This document shows, one piece after another, positions 45,801 through 55,593 of a DNA stretch of 64,000 nt (the stretch's first letter is position 1; each line of letters starts with the position of its first letter). This stretch comes from Veleropilina oligotropha. Taxonomy: Eukaryota. The notes beneath the pieces were generated by a model. The model saw only the letters and a list, made by a program, of their open reading frames with translations, ran no database searches and was not told the DNA's origin. The stretch covers positions 1 to 64,000 of the forward strand of contig JBEUKZ010000132.1 in NCBI GenBank assembly GCA_048128005.1, written 5' to 3'. The translations under genes and the position numbers were made by a program.

Positions 45801-46862
45801 CCTCAAGAACCTGTCTGCGGCGCCGTGTTAACCCATCCCCGGCTTTCGTCATTTTGTTCTGGAAGTGGTCCAGAACACAGCGAATGAAGCAGTTTACAAA
45901 CTCTCCGTCTTCTTGAGGGGCTAGCATTGGCCCCGGTTCTCCTTTTTGCTCCGGAAGTGAACGAAACTCGTACCTAATATAGACGAGGTACTCTCGCCCC
46001 TTCTCCCATGCATGCTGGTCAATGCCGTGAAGAGCCGCGGCGCTGACCTGGTCTCCACGAACCACCCCCTGCCCCTTAATGTGCTGCTCAGAGACACCCA
46101 CTTCCTCTGTCACTTGGGCAAGAGGCTCCTTGGCCGACTTCCCCACTACCGTGAACAGCTTGTACTGTGTGTCGGGGTCTAGAAGTTCCAACACCTCCGA
46201 GGCCATGCCCAGCGTCACCCGAAGATCCCTCTTTTCGCACGACACCCAATACACCGCGCCTTCGTCTGTGATGTCTGGCCCCCGTACAACAGCCTGGAAG
46301 TCGAATCTACGACCATCAACAGCGTCGGTAATCTCTTTACGGACGACGTCGGCGCCCGTCTTAATATAAGCCCCATCGGGGAACAGGACTGCGACACCGT
46401 CAACGAGAAGGGAATAATACTCATCCGAGGCTAGGTGATCTCTCAGAACATCGGGATGGACCCCAGCTATTGCCCGGGCAAGGGTCTCTTTCCGAGACCT
46501 AGTCAGACCGTGCAGGTGTGGCTTGACGATTCGATCCGTGATGGCACGAAGTGGCTTCTGTCGTAGGAGGGGCGTCTTCTCAGCCCGGGATTCGTATTTA
46601 CGGACCTTGAGGGCCACACCGACCTCGTCCTTAAGCTGCTGCAATTCGCGAGCACGACGGCCTCGTTTGTGGGGGTTCTCCACATCTCCACGGATGGAGG
46701 GGAATCTTCCCGTCTTCATCGCCCGCTCGAGTCTCCTCCGAAACTCGGCAGCACGGACCCGGCGATTGCCCTGATGAGGTCGTGTTTCTTGAAATTCGAC
46801 CGATCGGGAAGCCCGTAATCTATCGCTAAATTGCGTAGTTCTCTGAGGGAGGCACGTACCAT
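42814..46862 (-). CDS. Replication fusion protein: Rho-N/HeH-like N-terminus + divergent PolB-like domain + SF1 (RecD/Pif1-like) helicase + Cys/HNH-like C-terminus
   Basis: 1301-aa ORF 42814-46719, plus a frameshifted 5' piece from ATG 46862. Pol-like: HYHLDMRAAY, FHIRAFVLAY, VLHVCTDAIY. Helicase: GQGGSGKT, VIVIDEC, GDMGQIPP, TVHKVRG, YTAVSRAR. C-terminus: CMVC...SIDRLDDSQGHYKWNVRLTCLSCN. Confidence 0.85.
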
Positions 46863-46889
46863 CGTGACATGATATGGGGATACCAGGCT

Positions 46890-47258
46890 CTAAATGGAAA
46901 CTTTTTCGCGCGACCGCAACTCACACAATACTTTGCCGTAGAGACGGCGGGCTCTTTTTTCAGTGTTTATGAGAGCCTGGGCGCCACGATGACCTCCACA
47001 TGGTATACACAACAGAACGGCCGATTTCGTACCGACACCACATACCCTACATGGCAGGGGTGATGTTCTTCCCATCCGAATTTTCTGTCTATGTGTCTTG
47101 CAAAATTCGTTGACGCAGGTACGACCACAAACCTCATCGGTATTAACTGGCAACCAAGGGCATAGATTCGTTCCCCACATGGCGTATAAGCGTATATCAT
47201 CGTATATACCAGTCTCCAATAGAGAGTATGACATGAAGATATCGAGCCCGGACATCAC
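46890..47258 (-). CDS. Cys-rich putative zinc-binding viral protein, 122 aa
   Basis: C..CGRTC..FCKTH and CRVC...CIPC motifs; co-directional with the replication gene. Confidence 0.6.
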   Translation of the reverse strand: MMSGLDIFMSYSLLETGIYDDIRLYAMWGTNLCPWLPVNTDEVCGRTCVNEFCKTHRQKIRMGRTSPLPCRVCGVGTKSAVLLCIPCGGHRGAQALINTEKRARRLYGKVLCELRSREKVSI

Positions 47259-47276
47259 AGAGGGTCCGCCGACAGT

Positions 47277-47618
47277 CTAGACAGCTTTGGACGACGGAAA
47301 TTGTGTTAAAACTCCCTTGTTGCCGTTGGTCTTCTTCCTAAAGACCGCCTGGTCACCGTCGTCGAGTTCGACAATCAAAACGTCGTAGCCTGTGTTTAGG
47401 GGGTTTCTAACGCGCCTGGAGCTCCCTTCGCCGTGCAGCGTAGGAACGTATTCCAGGTCACCCTCTCTATCGTCTCTATCGGCTGGGTCAACCTCTCTAT
47501 CGGCTGGTCCGTTTCCAGAGTTGTTATCTTGATCTCGCTCTCGCGGTATCTTGGGGGGCTGCGACATGTTGCTTGCAAGTATAACTATACACCGTCTAAC
47601 ATACCAGTTATTTCGCAC
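47277..47618 (-). CDS. Possible chimeric small ORF, partly an inverted copy of 40334-40427
   Basis: PPKIPRERDQDNNSGNGPADREVDPADRDDREGD matches the C-terminus of ORF 40010-40480. Confidence 0.35.
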   Translation of the reverse strand: MRNNWYVRRCIVILASNMSQPPKIPRERDQDNNSGNGPADREVDPADRDDREGDLEYVPTLHGEGSSRRVRNPLNTGYDVLIVELDDGDQAVFRKKTNGNKGVLTQFPSSKAV

Positions 47619-47628
47619 TGATTGCCCG

Positions 47629-47903
47629 GGGGGCCCAAATAGACTATTCTAAGCTACCCTAGTTCAGGACGGCCGACAAAAAAACCTCCGCCCTAGCGAA
47701 AAAACGACCGCTGCCCTGATCAGACGGGGGGTGGGAGCCTCCACCCCCCGGGGGACCCCCCGGGACCCCCTCCCTCCCCGGATTCTACAAAACTGCCCTA
47801 GGGGTATATATTACGAGCCCCCCTCAGTTCTGAAATAGGGCTGGGAGCCTCCCCGGTCGCCCCGGCCCCCCCTAACTTCCTCTGAAACCTCCTAGCCCCC
47901 CCC
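47629..47903 (-). repeat. Right terminal inverted repeat
   Basis: GGGCCCAAATAGACTATTCTAAGCTACCCTAG...CTAACTTCCTCTGAAACCTCCTAGCCCCCCCC. Confidence 0.95.
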
Positions 47904-49975
47904 TACTGCATCAATCTCTGAAATGTGGCCGGCGCGTTTGATAATCCAAACGGCATTCTTGTGTATTCGTAGAGTCCCATGGGAGTCACAAACGCGGTTA
48001 TGTGTATATCCTCTTCTGTCATTGCTACCTGATTGTAGCCACACCCTAAATCGATATTTGAAAACCAACGTGATCCTGAGAGTGTAGAGAATGACTGATC
48101 GATGTCTGGCATTGAAAAAGCATCCCTATGCGTTTTCTCGTTCAAACGACGGTAATGATCGCAAAGTCGTAGCGCTTCATTCTTCTTGCGGACAAGTACT
48201 ATGGGAAAACATATGGACTGGTACTCGGACGTATCACATTTCTCGCAAACTGTATCTTGAAGCGCTCCTTCACATCAGCTAACTGCAACGGTGGTATCCT
48301 TCTGTTGTTCTGTACCACTGGGATGTCATCAACTGTGGTATCCTGTGTCCCACAACCGACGTGTAGCCTAAATCTTCGTCTGATTTGGCAAACATATCTG
48401 CATGTCTGCTGGAAAATTCAAATGCCAGTTCCTCTTCCTTGGAAGTTATGCCTCCTGTCCAAATGTCAATACTGGGTGTAGCTTTGGAAAGTGACTTCTT
48501 AACTTCACAGTTCACACCTGTGGATGCATGGACAAACTCTTCTATATCGCCGACGTGCAAAAATTCGAACTTCTGATTGGAGATTACGGTGTCCATGCGG
48601 TGACATACACCAATTCTAGATCGTGGCTGGCAGTAGGTGTCTTCGTTGCCGAGGTTGACCATCTTGACCGCATAAGGACCAACATGTGGACTTTTAGTGA
48701 TCGTATTGGTCAAAAGAATATTACCTGGCACTTGAGCTGAATTATACCGCAGCGGTTCAATCAATACCTGATCTCTCACGGAGTCTCTTCTTCCAATCAC
48801 TGCCACCACTCTCGTAGACTTTACACGAACAACCACTGGCTTACTTACAGCATATCTTGCGAAGCTAAGAACATATTGTTCCACGTCTTTGCTCTGTTTC
48901 CACGCTCCTTTGGTGAAGCTCCCTATAAAATTCATCCCAATCAGCTCAGGTACATCGCTGTTCACCTCAGTGTCCTTGGTCTCCAAAATTCCACGTCTCG
49001 GAATAACTTCACAGTTGATCGTGATGTCGATTTCTACATACCCCACATATGGCAGCTCGAGGCCATTTGCAGGTCTAAGGGATAACCAGTCGGACGGTGG
49101 TTTCACTTCTGATCATCTGAAGTACGAGTTGATAAACGACTCCGATAATGTCGACACTTGTGATCCAGTGTCGATTAAACAGAGTGTATTCAATCCATCA
49201 ATTTCTACTTTTATTATATGCCAGTCGTCTTCTGACGCCTATTCTCGCGCAGTTTTCCGAGACCCTGTATCACGGACACAGCTGATATCGATTCAGAAAA
49301 CGTCTCCTGCTTATATATTCACAGGAAAACGTCTCCTGCTTATATATTCAAAATGGCTGACAAATCGTAGGAACTACTTCCAATATAATCCTATACTATT
49401 TCAACCCCCCTTACAGATTCGTGACTGAAATTACCATAATCTTTCGATTCAATTTAATAAGAAACTTGTTGTGGCATATAATAAAAATGTTATCAGATAT
49501 TGTGTGGATTCTGGCACATCGGAAACCTCTCGGGACGTCGTAGTTTTTGCGCCGGATTAATCGCTCGAACTTCGTTCTCGCGATTAATCCACCGCAAAAA
49601 CTACGACGTCACTCGAGGTTTCCGATGTGCCAGAATCCACACAATACTGATAACATCATTGTATCACCAGACATTTCCCCACAGTCCGCTTCCATAGACT
49701 CTCGCTCCTTACCATTGGACGGTGACGAATCACATTTTCCGCGGTATGATTTCATATCCCCGATCCAATGTTCCCCCTTTGGATCACCATCCTTGACTGG
49801 TCGACCCGCCAAATGATTGAACTTGTGATCCTTAAGGAGATAAAACACCTTCCACTGACGAACGCTGCAGCGCTCTGACTGTTCTTCTAACTTCTTCTAA
49901 AGGTTACTAAATCCATCATTTCGGTACCCAATTACCTTTGAATTTCTTCCAGCTGTGCTTGCAAATCTTTCATCC
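47904..49975 (-). mobile_element. Ty3/Gypsy 5' part (gag remnant, aspartic protease, RT N-half), decayed
   Basis: CLIDTGSQVST protease near 49150-49190; FSNIDLGCGYNQV...TAFVTPMGLYEYTRMPFGLSNAPATFQRLMQ abuts the inserted element; gag-like remnant at 49657-49975. Confidence 0.88.
49211..49656. mobile_element. Composite non-autonomous repeat (13-bp TIR unit plus long hairpin) inside the Gypsy gag/protease region
   Basis: TTATTATATGCCA...TGGCATATAATAA at 49211-49484 and a hairpin with ~77-bp arms at 49487-49656. A reverse-orientation relative lies at about 26708-27663, split by a HINE. Confidence 0.75.
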
Positions 49976-50478
49976 CGACAACATTGGATAACTAATTTTC
50001 ACAAAATATCAGATACACAAACAGTACTAAAAATATTTGTTCAAAGGAGAGTACATATGTACTTAGATAACCTGTATTGAGCTCTAACGTCAACTTCAAA
50101 TTGCTTGAATTAGTTTATTCTACAGTTTCTATTCTATGCTAATAATTTCATTGCATTGATTGATTGAATTGATGTTTAACGTTACGACCACGCCAACAAT
50201 ATTGATGTTTAACGTTACGACCACGCCAACAATATTTCAGGTATAATCGGGTTGATAGACTTTAAATCCTAAAATTACCTGATATATTTGAAACAGTACT
50301 CACTTTTTACATACGCGACACAAACAATTAAATCAATATAAATATAAATTTGCATATAAACTTTCTGCCAGCAGATTTGTAGAAGTAAAAAGGTTAAAGT
50401 TTGTAAAATATGTATTTGTAAAAGGAAAAGGATTAAAGTTTATAAAATAAGGCCTATATTAGTTTCTTTAAAAAAAGA

Positions 50479-50871
50479 AACAAGCACAGAATGTGTGCAA
50501 TAACCTGCGTCATAAGCAAAATTTCTACTGTGAAACATGTGTGATACATATAATACAGACCATGTTTCTGTATGATTTCATAGAATTTACAAATTGGTTT
50601 TCAAGAGTTACGCCCCTTTGACAGACTTAGTTGACTATAATAAAGTTGATTAATTATAATTTAATAAAGTATGCAAAATCTTAAAATGTTTAACTGTTAT
50701 ACCTCTTTTACTACTGTGAAACATGTGTGATACATATAATACAGACCACGTTTCTGTATGATTTAATATTTATTCATCAAAGAGGCTGTCATGGTAATTT
50801 GCTATTCTGTTAGGCAGCATCTCTCAATTCATACATCAAGTGGTCATGCACTATTTTCAAATTGGCTTGTT
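50479..50871 (+). repeat. Dispersed ~390-bp repeat, copy 2
   Basis: Matches 23681-24068; begins AACAAG and ends CTTGTT. Confidence 0.85.
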
Positions 50872-51049
50872 GTCGAAGTCGCCTTAAAGGTGGAAGATCT
50901 GGTTGAAATCATTTCAAAATTGTCTTCCCCCCAAGAACAACAACAACAACAACAACAAGAACAACAACAACAACTTACATGTACCATTCATTGACCTTGC
51001 TAGACGCAGGTAAAAATGACATCAATTTTAAAATTACTAAATAGTTCTT

Positions 51050-51700
51050 GAAGCGACAATTCTCAAAAATATTTTTGACGCATTGGGTCTAAATCAATGC
51101 ATTCCAATAATATGTTCGACTGTTAGGTTTCAAGCACAAGTCATAAACTCAGGTGATGGCTCCCCTATAAGCAAGCAGGAGTGGGTGTTGTGCGAATGTC
51201 CAATCCGCAGCCTGGTCAATCGACATCTTCATGGCGTCGAGACCTGTAAGAGGGGCCCCATTTACCCAGTAGAGGTCGGACATTCTGCAGTTTATTCCCC
51301 GTGCAATCATCCCAATATCGTTGCCAAGTAGTTTGTATGTACTTATTTATATTGTCTTTAAAATCCAATGCGAAATTTTGCAATTTATAGCCTGGTCAAT
51401 ATGTAAAGCTGCTTGATCAGCCTTTTCATTGCCTTCAATGACAACTTGGCTCTGTATTCAGCATAAAATGATGTCATTTTTCTAGTAGAGATTATTATAT
51501 TTTAGCAATAATTGTTGTGTCAATACATTTCCATTTGTCCCCTTAAATGCTTGAAGGCTCGAGGGAGTATCTGAATAAATGATAAAACGGTTTTTAATTG
51601 CTTTTAATTCAGATGTAAATACAGTGGCGCTATCCGGCAAACGGATCCGAAAACAGTGTGTGCCAGTAACAGCCGCAGCACCCACACGATCCCCATCCTT
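51050..51700 (-). mobile_element. LINE 3' fragment with RNase H (I/Nimb-like), decayed
   Basis: GDRVGAAAV...RLPDSATVFTSELKAI...IYSDTPSSLQA, GNEKADQAA, LRIGHSHNTHS. Confidence 0.75.
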
Positions 51701-51849
51701 TTATTTTATTGCAACCAGGAATGATCTACTAGTATGCTACTAATCTTACTGTGAGAAAGAATAATCTAACGTATGCTACTAATCTCACTTCAAACAGGAA
51801 TAATATAAATGGAACAGCAAAATGTTACATACGACATAACAATTACTTC

Positions 51850-52400
51850 CACCTCATCTATTTGCCTCTATGATACAACAATCAGCGTAACGTCCATTAC
51901 GTGGACGCCTAACACGTAAGCGTTCGTCAGCATGTGAAAGACGGTAACGAGATTCGCCTGAAAAATCAACTTGCCCCCACTCGCTGGGTCCACTGTAAAC
52001 GTCACTGACGGTGATGTCGTGTCAGAATTGGACCCACATATGGGCGTCGGCAACTGATTCCGGCATCCCGTAGACGACGTCTTATGGTATCGGTGGATAC
52101 TGGTCGTCTTGGCCAATGAACTAATTAAGGCTGTTGTTCTTGTTGATGTCTGCGTTCGGTTCCTTAAATGCGTGACCCGGAGTTCCCGATCTTGGGCATA
52201 AGTTTCCACTCTTAATCGTCCGGAAAGAGCACGATCACGCAACCCCCGATGACGTTCAGCGAGTCGTGTGACTGTACTGAGATGACATTCAAAGTGTCTG
52301 GCTACATGACCTCGCTTGGAGTGGTCAAAGGGCCATTCCTCTTTGCAGGGCCGCAAGTCTCGGCATTGTTTGTGAACAGTGTAAGCATTCTAGTGTAAAT
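51850..52400 (-). mobile_element. Tc1/mariner transposase N-terminal remnant
   Basis: VARHFECHLSTVTRL...RDRALSGRLRV...QDRELRVTHLRNR, an HTH-like region. Confidence 0.7.
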
Positions 52401-55199
52401 ACATAATGTTTTTGTGACAGAACCCTTTAGAAAGATTGCATCAGAGTGAAAATGCACGGTTTTCACGATGAACCGTTTCTGCACATGCAAAATTCATGAT
52501 TTGGCGTCAATGTGGTTGTATTGTGTTTGTGTTAATGTTTCATTTTGACGATAAACTGTCTGACATTACTTGTATTGGGATCATTGAGTCATTTACCATG
52601 ATATTTGAAGGGATGTGAATACTTATTCTTATGACATTTCATAATCTTTTGGACTTGCGTTTCTTTTGCTGTTCAGTTTCAAAGGTATATACCGATATAT
52701 CGTATCAAACAACTTTCTACATTATGGAAGTCGATGACCCATCAATAACAACAAACGAAAGGGATTCGCCTTGGGAACAGGCGACCAGCAACGTTCTAGA
52801 AGGATGTCGCGGCATGTTCCACCTGGCGACTGTAGCCAGAACTAACAATACTCTTACATAACTCTTACATAACAATGAAAGTGAATAATGCTATTAAACA
52901 GTAAATTACAATAATACAAGGGCGCATTACAATGGTTGCTCACATCATTACCAAAGTTCGAATCCTGTGGAGACAGATGTTCCAGATATAACGGTCTTCC
53001 ATGCAGATAGGGCAGCTGAAATTCGAACTGAAAGAGGAAGAAGCATGGATGTGTTTCGCTGGATGTTTCAACTGTATAACGATCGTGTGCGTATCCATTT
53101 ATATTCCATCATTTGAAAACTCACCCCACCAATAAAAATGATGTCGCTTTTTAATGTCCCTCTTAACACGCTTTAGAATAATATCAGAACTTATTACACC
53201 TACTCTTTGCTATATTTCTAGCATTTTCATTGGCCAATAGCCATTCCATAACGCCCCGTATTCTTCCGCAAAGTGAATATGTTGCCAAATAAGGGATGAT
53301 CACGTGATGTTGCGGGCAAATACGGGATGGTCACGTGATGTTGCGGGCAAATACGGGATATTCAGATAGTGATGTACGTATACAGGCTATCCGTAATAGG
53401 TTAATTGTTTATAACGAAAGTACAATAACAACGTCAACTGGGTAGATGTTTTTGTAAAATAGTACGCAAAACAAAATATTGTAAAATATTTAATTAAAAT
53501 ATTCATTCATTTTGTGTATATAAATGCATCCTCCCAGTTGACGTTTTTATAATGCTTACGTAATGACCATTGTCCAATTACAGATACAGTCCCGTGCCAA
53601 TTATATTCGTCCAAAGCAAGATGACGTCATATTTATTTTAATACTCGACTAATACTTTAACTGGTGACTTTGCCAACCATTCCATTGTATTTACGCCTTT
53701 CTCATCTAAAATGCTTTCACGATACTAGGCTAGTGAACGAACCTACCACATTCATGCAATCTGCGACCCAAGTCGATCAACTGACAAAATGCTGTCAATT
53801 AAAAGCAGACAACAACATCACGTGCCTCGCACGTGTTTATGACATGCCAATTTATTATTAAGGATTGTGCAAAATTTAATAAACAAACAACATGTGTGTG
53901 CATTACAAGAAGCAAAAAGGTGCGACGATTACGGCACTCATGAAATGGACGAATATAATTGACATGGGACTCAGGCGCGGATCTAGGAATTTCGCTTAGT
54001 GGGGGGCGCTGAATTTACTATCAACTGTTCGCGTGGCGGCGGGGCCCCACGCAAAAGAAAATTTTGAGAATCAACAGCCTGAAACGCCGTCTCTTGCACT
54101 CTGACAGGGAAAAAGCGATATTTCATTCTAACTTTTTATGAACCACCGTCACTCAAATAGCACGAGTCAAATTTTTATTTTATTTTGTCATAATGGAATT
54201 GTCCGCGTGGGGTCGGCGCCCCACGCGCAAGAAAATTTTGACAATTAACGATGTGAAATCCTCCCTCCTGCATTATTACATTGCAACAGCCTATTTATAA
54301 TGTTCTGAAAGTCATTTGTATCAGATTATACATATTATTTTAGTATGCTTGGCCAACTTTAGGGGGGCGCGCGCCGGGTGCCACCCCCCCCCCCCCCCCT
54401 GGATCCGCTCCTGGGACTGTAGCTTGAAAACCACTATCTATATTAAAGTTTTTATAAAGATAAATAAATAACAATGGGGTAATAAATTCGTTATACTAGC
54501 GTTTGACATGGTGTACGGGATATTACCACCCTCCAAAATTCCGTATTTCCCCTGAGGTCTGGCATTTACCTCGGTCATGACAATGTCATGACCTGATAGG
54601 CCAGGAAGGATACTAACTTTGTCAAGAAAAGTTGGGTTTGTTGTGAGAAAAAGATGTTGGTGTATCTAGTGTGTTCATTTACCATCTGAGTCATGCCGTG
54701 GTCTCACCGTCATACATTAGGGATATGCCTTCTATTATTTTAAGCGGTAGAACGGACCGCCGCTGGTCTCGAACACTTGACCAATATCGGTTGACAGTCT
54801 GACACGCTAACCACTCACCCGCCGATGCCGTTAAATATATGTAATAGGTTAATTGTTTCGTAACGAAAGTGTTACAACAATGTCAACTGGGAAGATGAAA
54901 ACAAATTATTGTAAATAACATTTAATTAAAATGTTCTTTACAGTATTTTGTTTTGCATATATAAATACATTTACCCAGTTGACGTTGTTATAGATAGTAC
55001 TTTCGTTATGAAATACAATTAATCTATTACAGATAGCTTGAACACCACCAGCTGTTCTACATTTTTTATAAAGCTAAATAAATAGGCAAATGGGGTAATA
55101 AATTCGTTATTTTCAAGTTTCCCGCCACTTTGATGACGCGATTAGCACCCTTTTACGATCGCAGCTTGGAATCCTCATTGCACAACGTTACGTTAACGC

Positions 55200-55593
55200 T
55201 ATTCTTCAGCCAGTTCTGGTATGTCTACTCCAGAATGATAATGCACGACCCAGCACAGCCAGGTTCACAACCCCATTGAACATCTGTGGGACGAACTTTT
55301 ACGCCGTGTCCGAACAGATCCTACCACGTAACATTGATGTACTCACCAAAGCTTTATAATATCACTGGGTGGTAACACTACTAGCTCGTATTAATCATTT
55401 GTGTTTGTCCATGCCATGTTGTCTACAAACGAGCGCAGGGTAGTCACACAATATTTTGACAATCATTCTGGTGAATCCGGGTGTTGACATGAATTCACTA
55501 TTAGTCTAATGTCTCTAATATCACCCATGAAATCACTCATTAAACGTTTGTCGGGTTGTAATGTAAAATTGAGATTTCATTGCCTCTCAGTAT
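55200..55593 (+). mobile_element. Tc1-like transposase C-terminal remnant
   Basis: QNDNARPSTA and NPIEHLWDEL catalytic-region motifs with an internal deletion between them. Confidence 0.65.

Larger units (their letters stand above)
32043..47903. mobile_element. Endogenous Polinton-like virus / virus-like transposon, 15,861 bp, with TIRs and TSD
   Basis: Long imperfect TIRs; TACT duplicated at 32039-32042 and 47904-47907; abrupt switch to GC-rich sequence; intronless, tightly packed ORFs for capsid-like proteins, ATPase, integrase and a Pol-helicase fusion. Confidence 0.93.

Noticed and set aside
42814..46719. Helitron RepHel as the identity of the helicase ORF
   Set aside because: No HUH/Y2 Rep motifs were seen; the region upstream of the helicase has PolB-like motifs, and the element has TIRs, a TSD and an integrase.
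42817..46774. Many antisense and alternate-frame ORFs over the replicase and other viral genes (e.g. 44869-45594, 37737-38285)
   Set aside because: Shadow ORFs expected in GC-rich coding sequence; the motif-bearing frames are on the annotated strands.
32043..47903. Bacterial or phage contamination, or chimeric assembly, explaining the GC-rich block
   Set aside because: TIRs, the TSD and exact restoration of the flanking Gypsy RT frame show a genuine insertion.
50791..50994. Poly-Q ORF
   Set aside because: Arises from a (CAA)n microsatellite next to a dispersed repeat.
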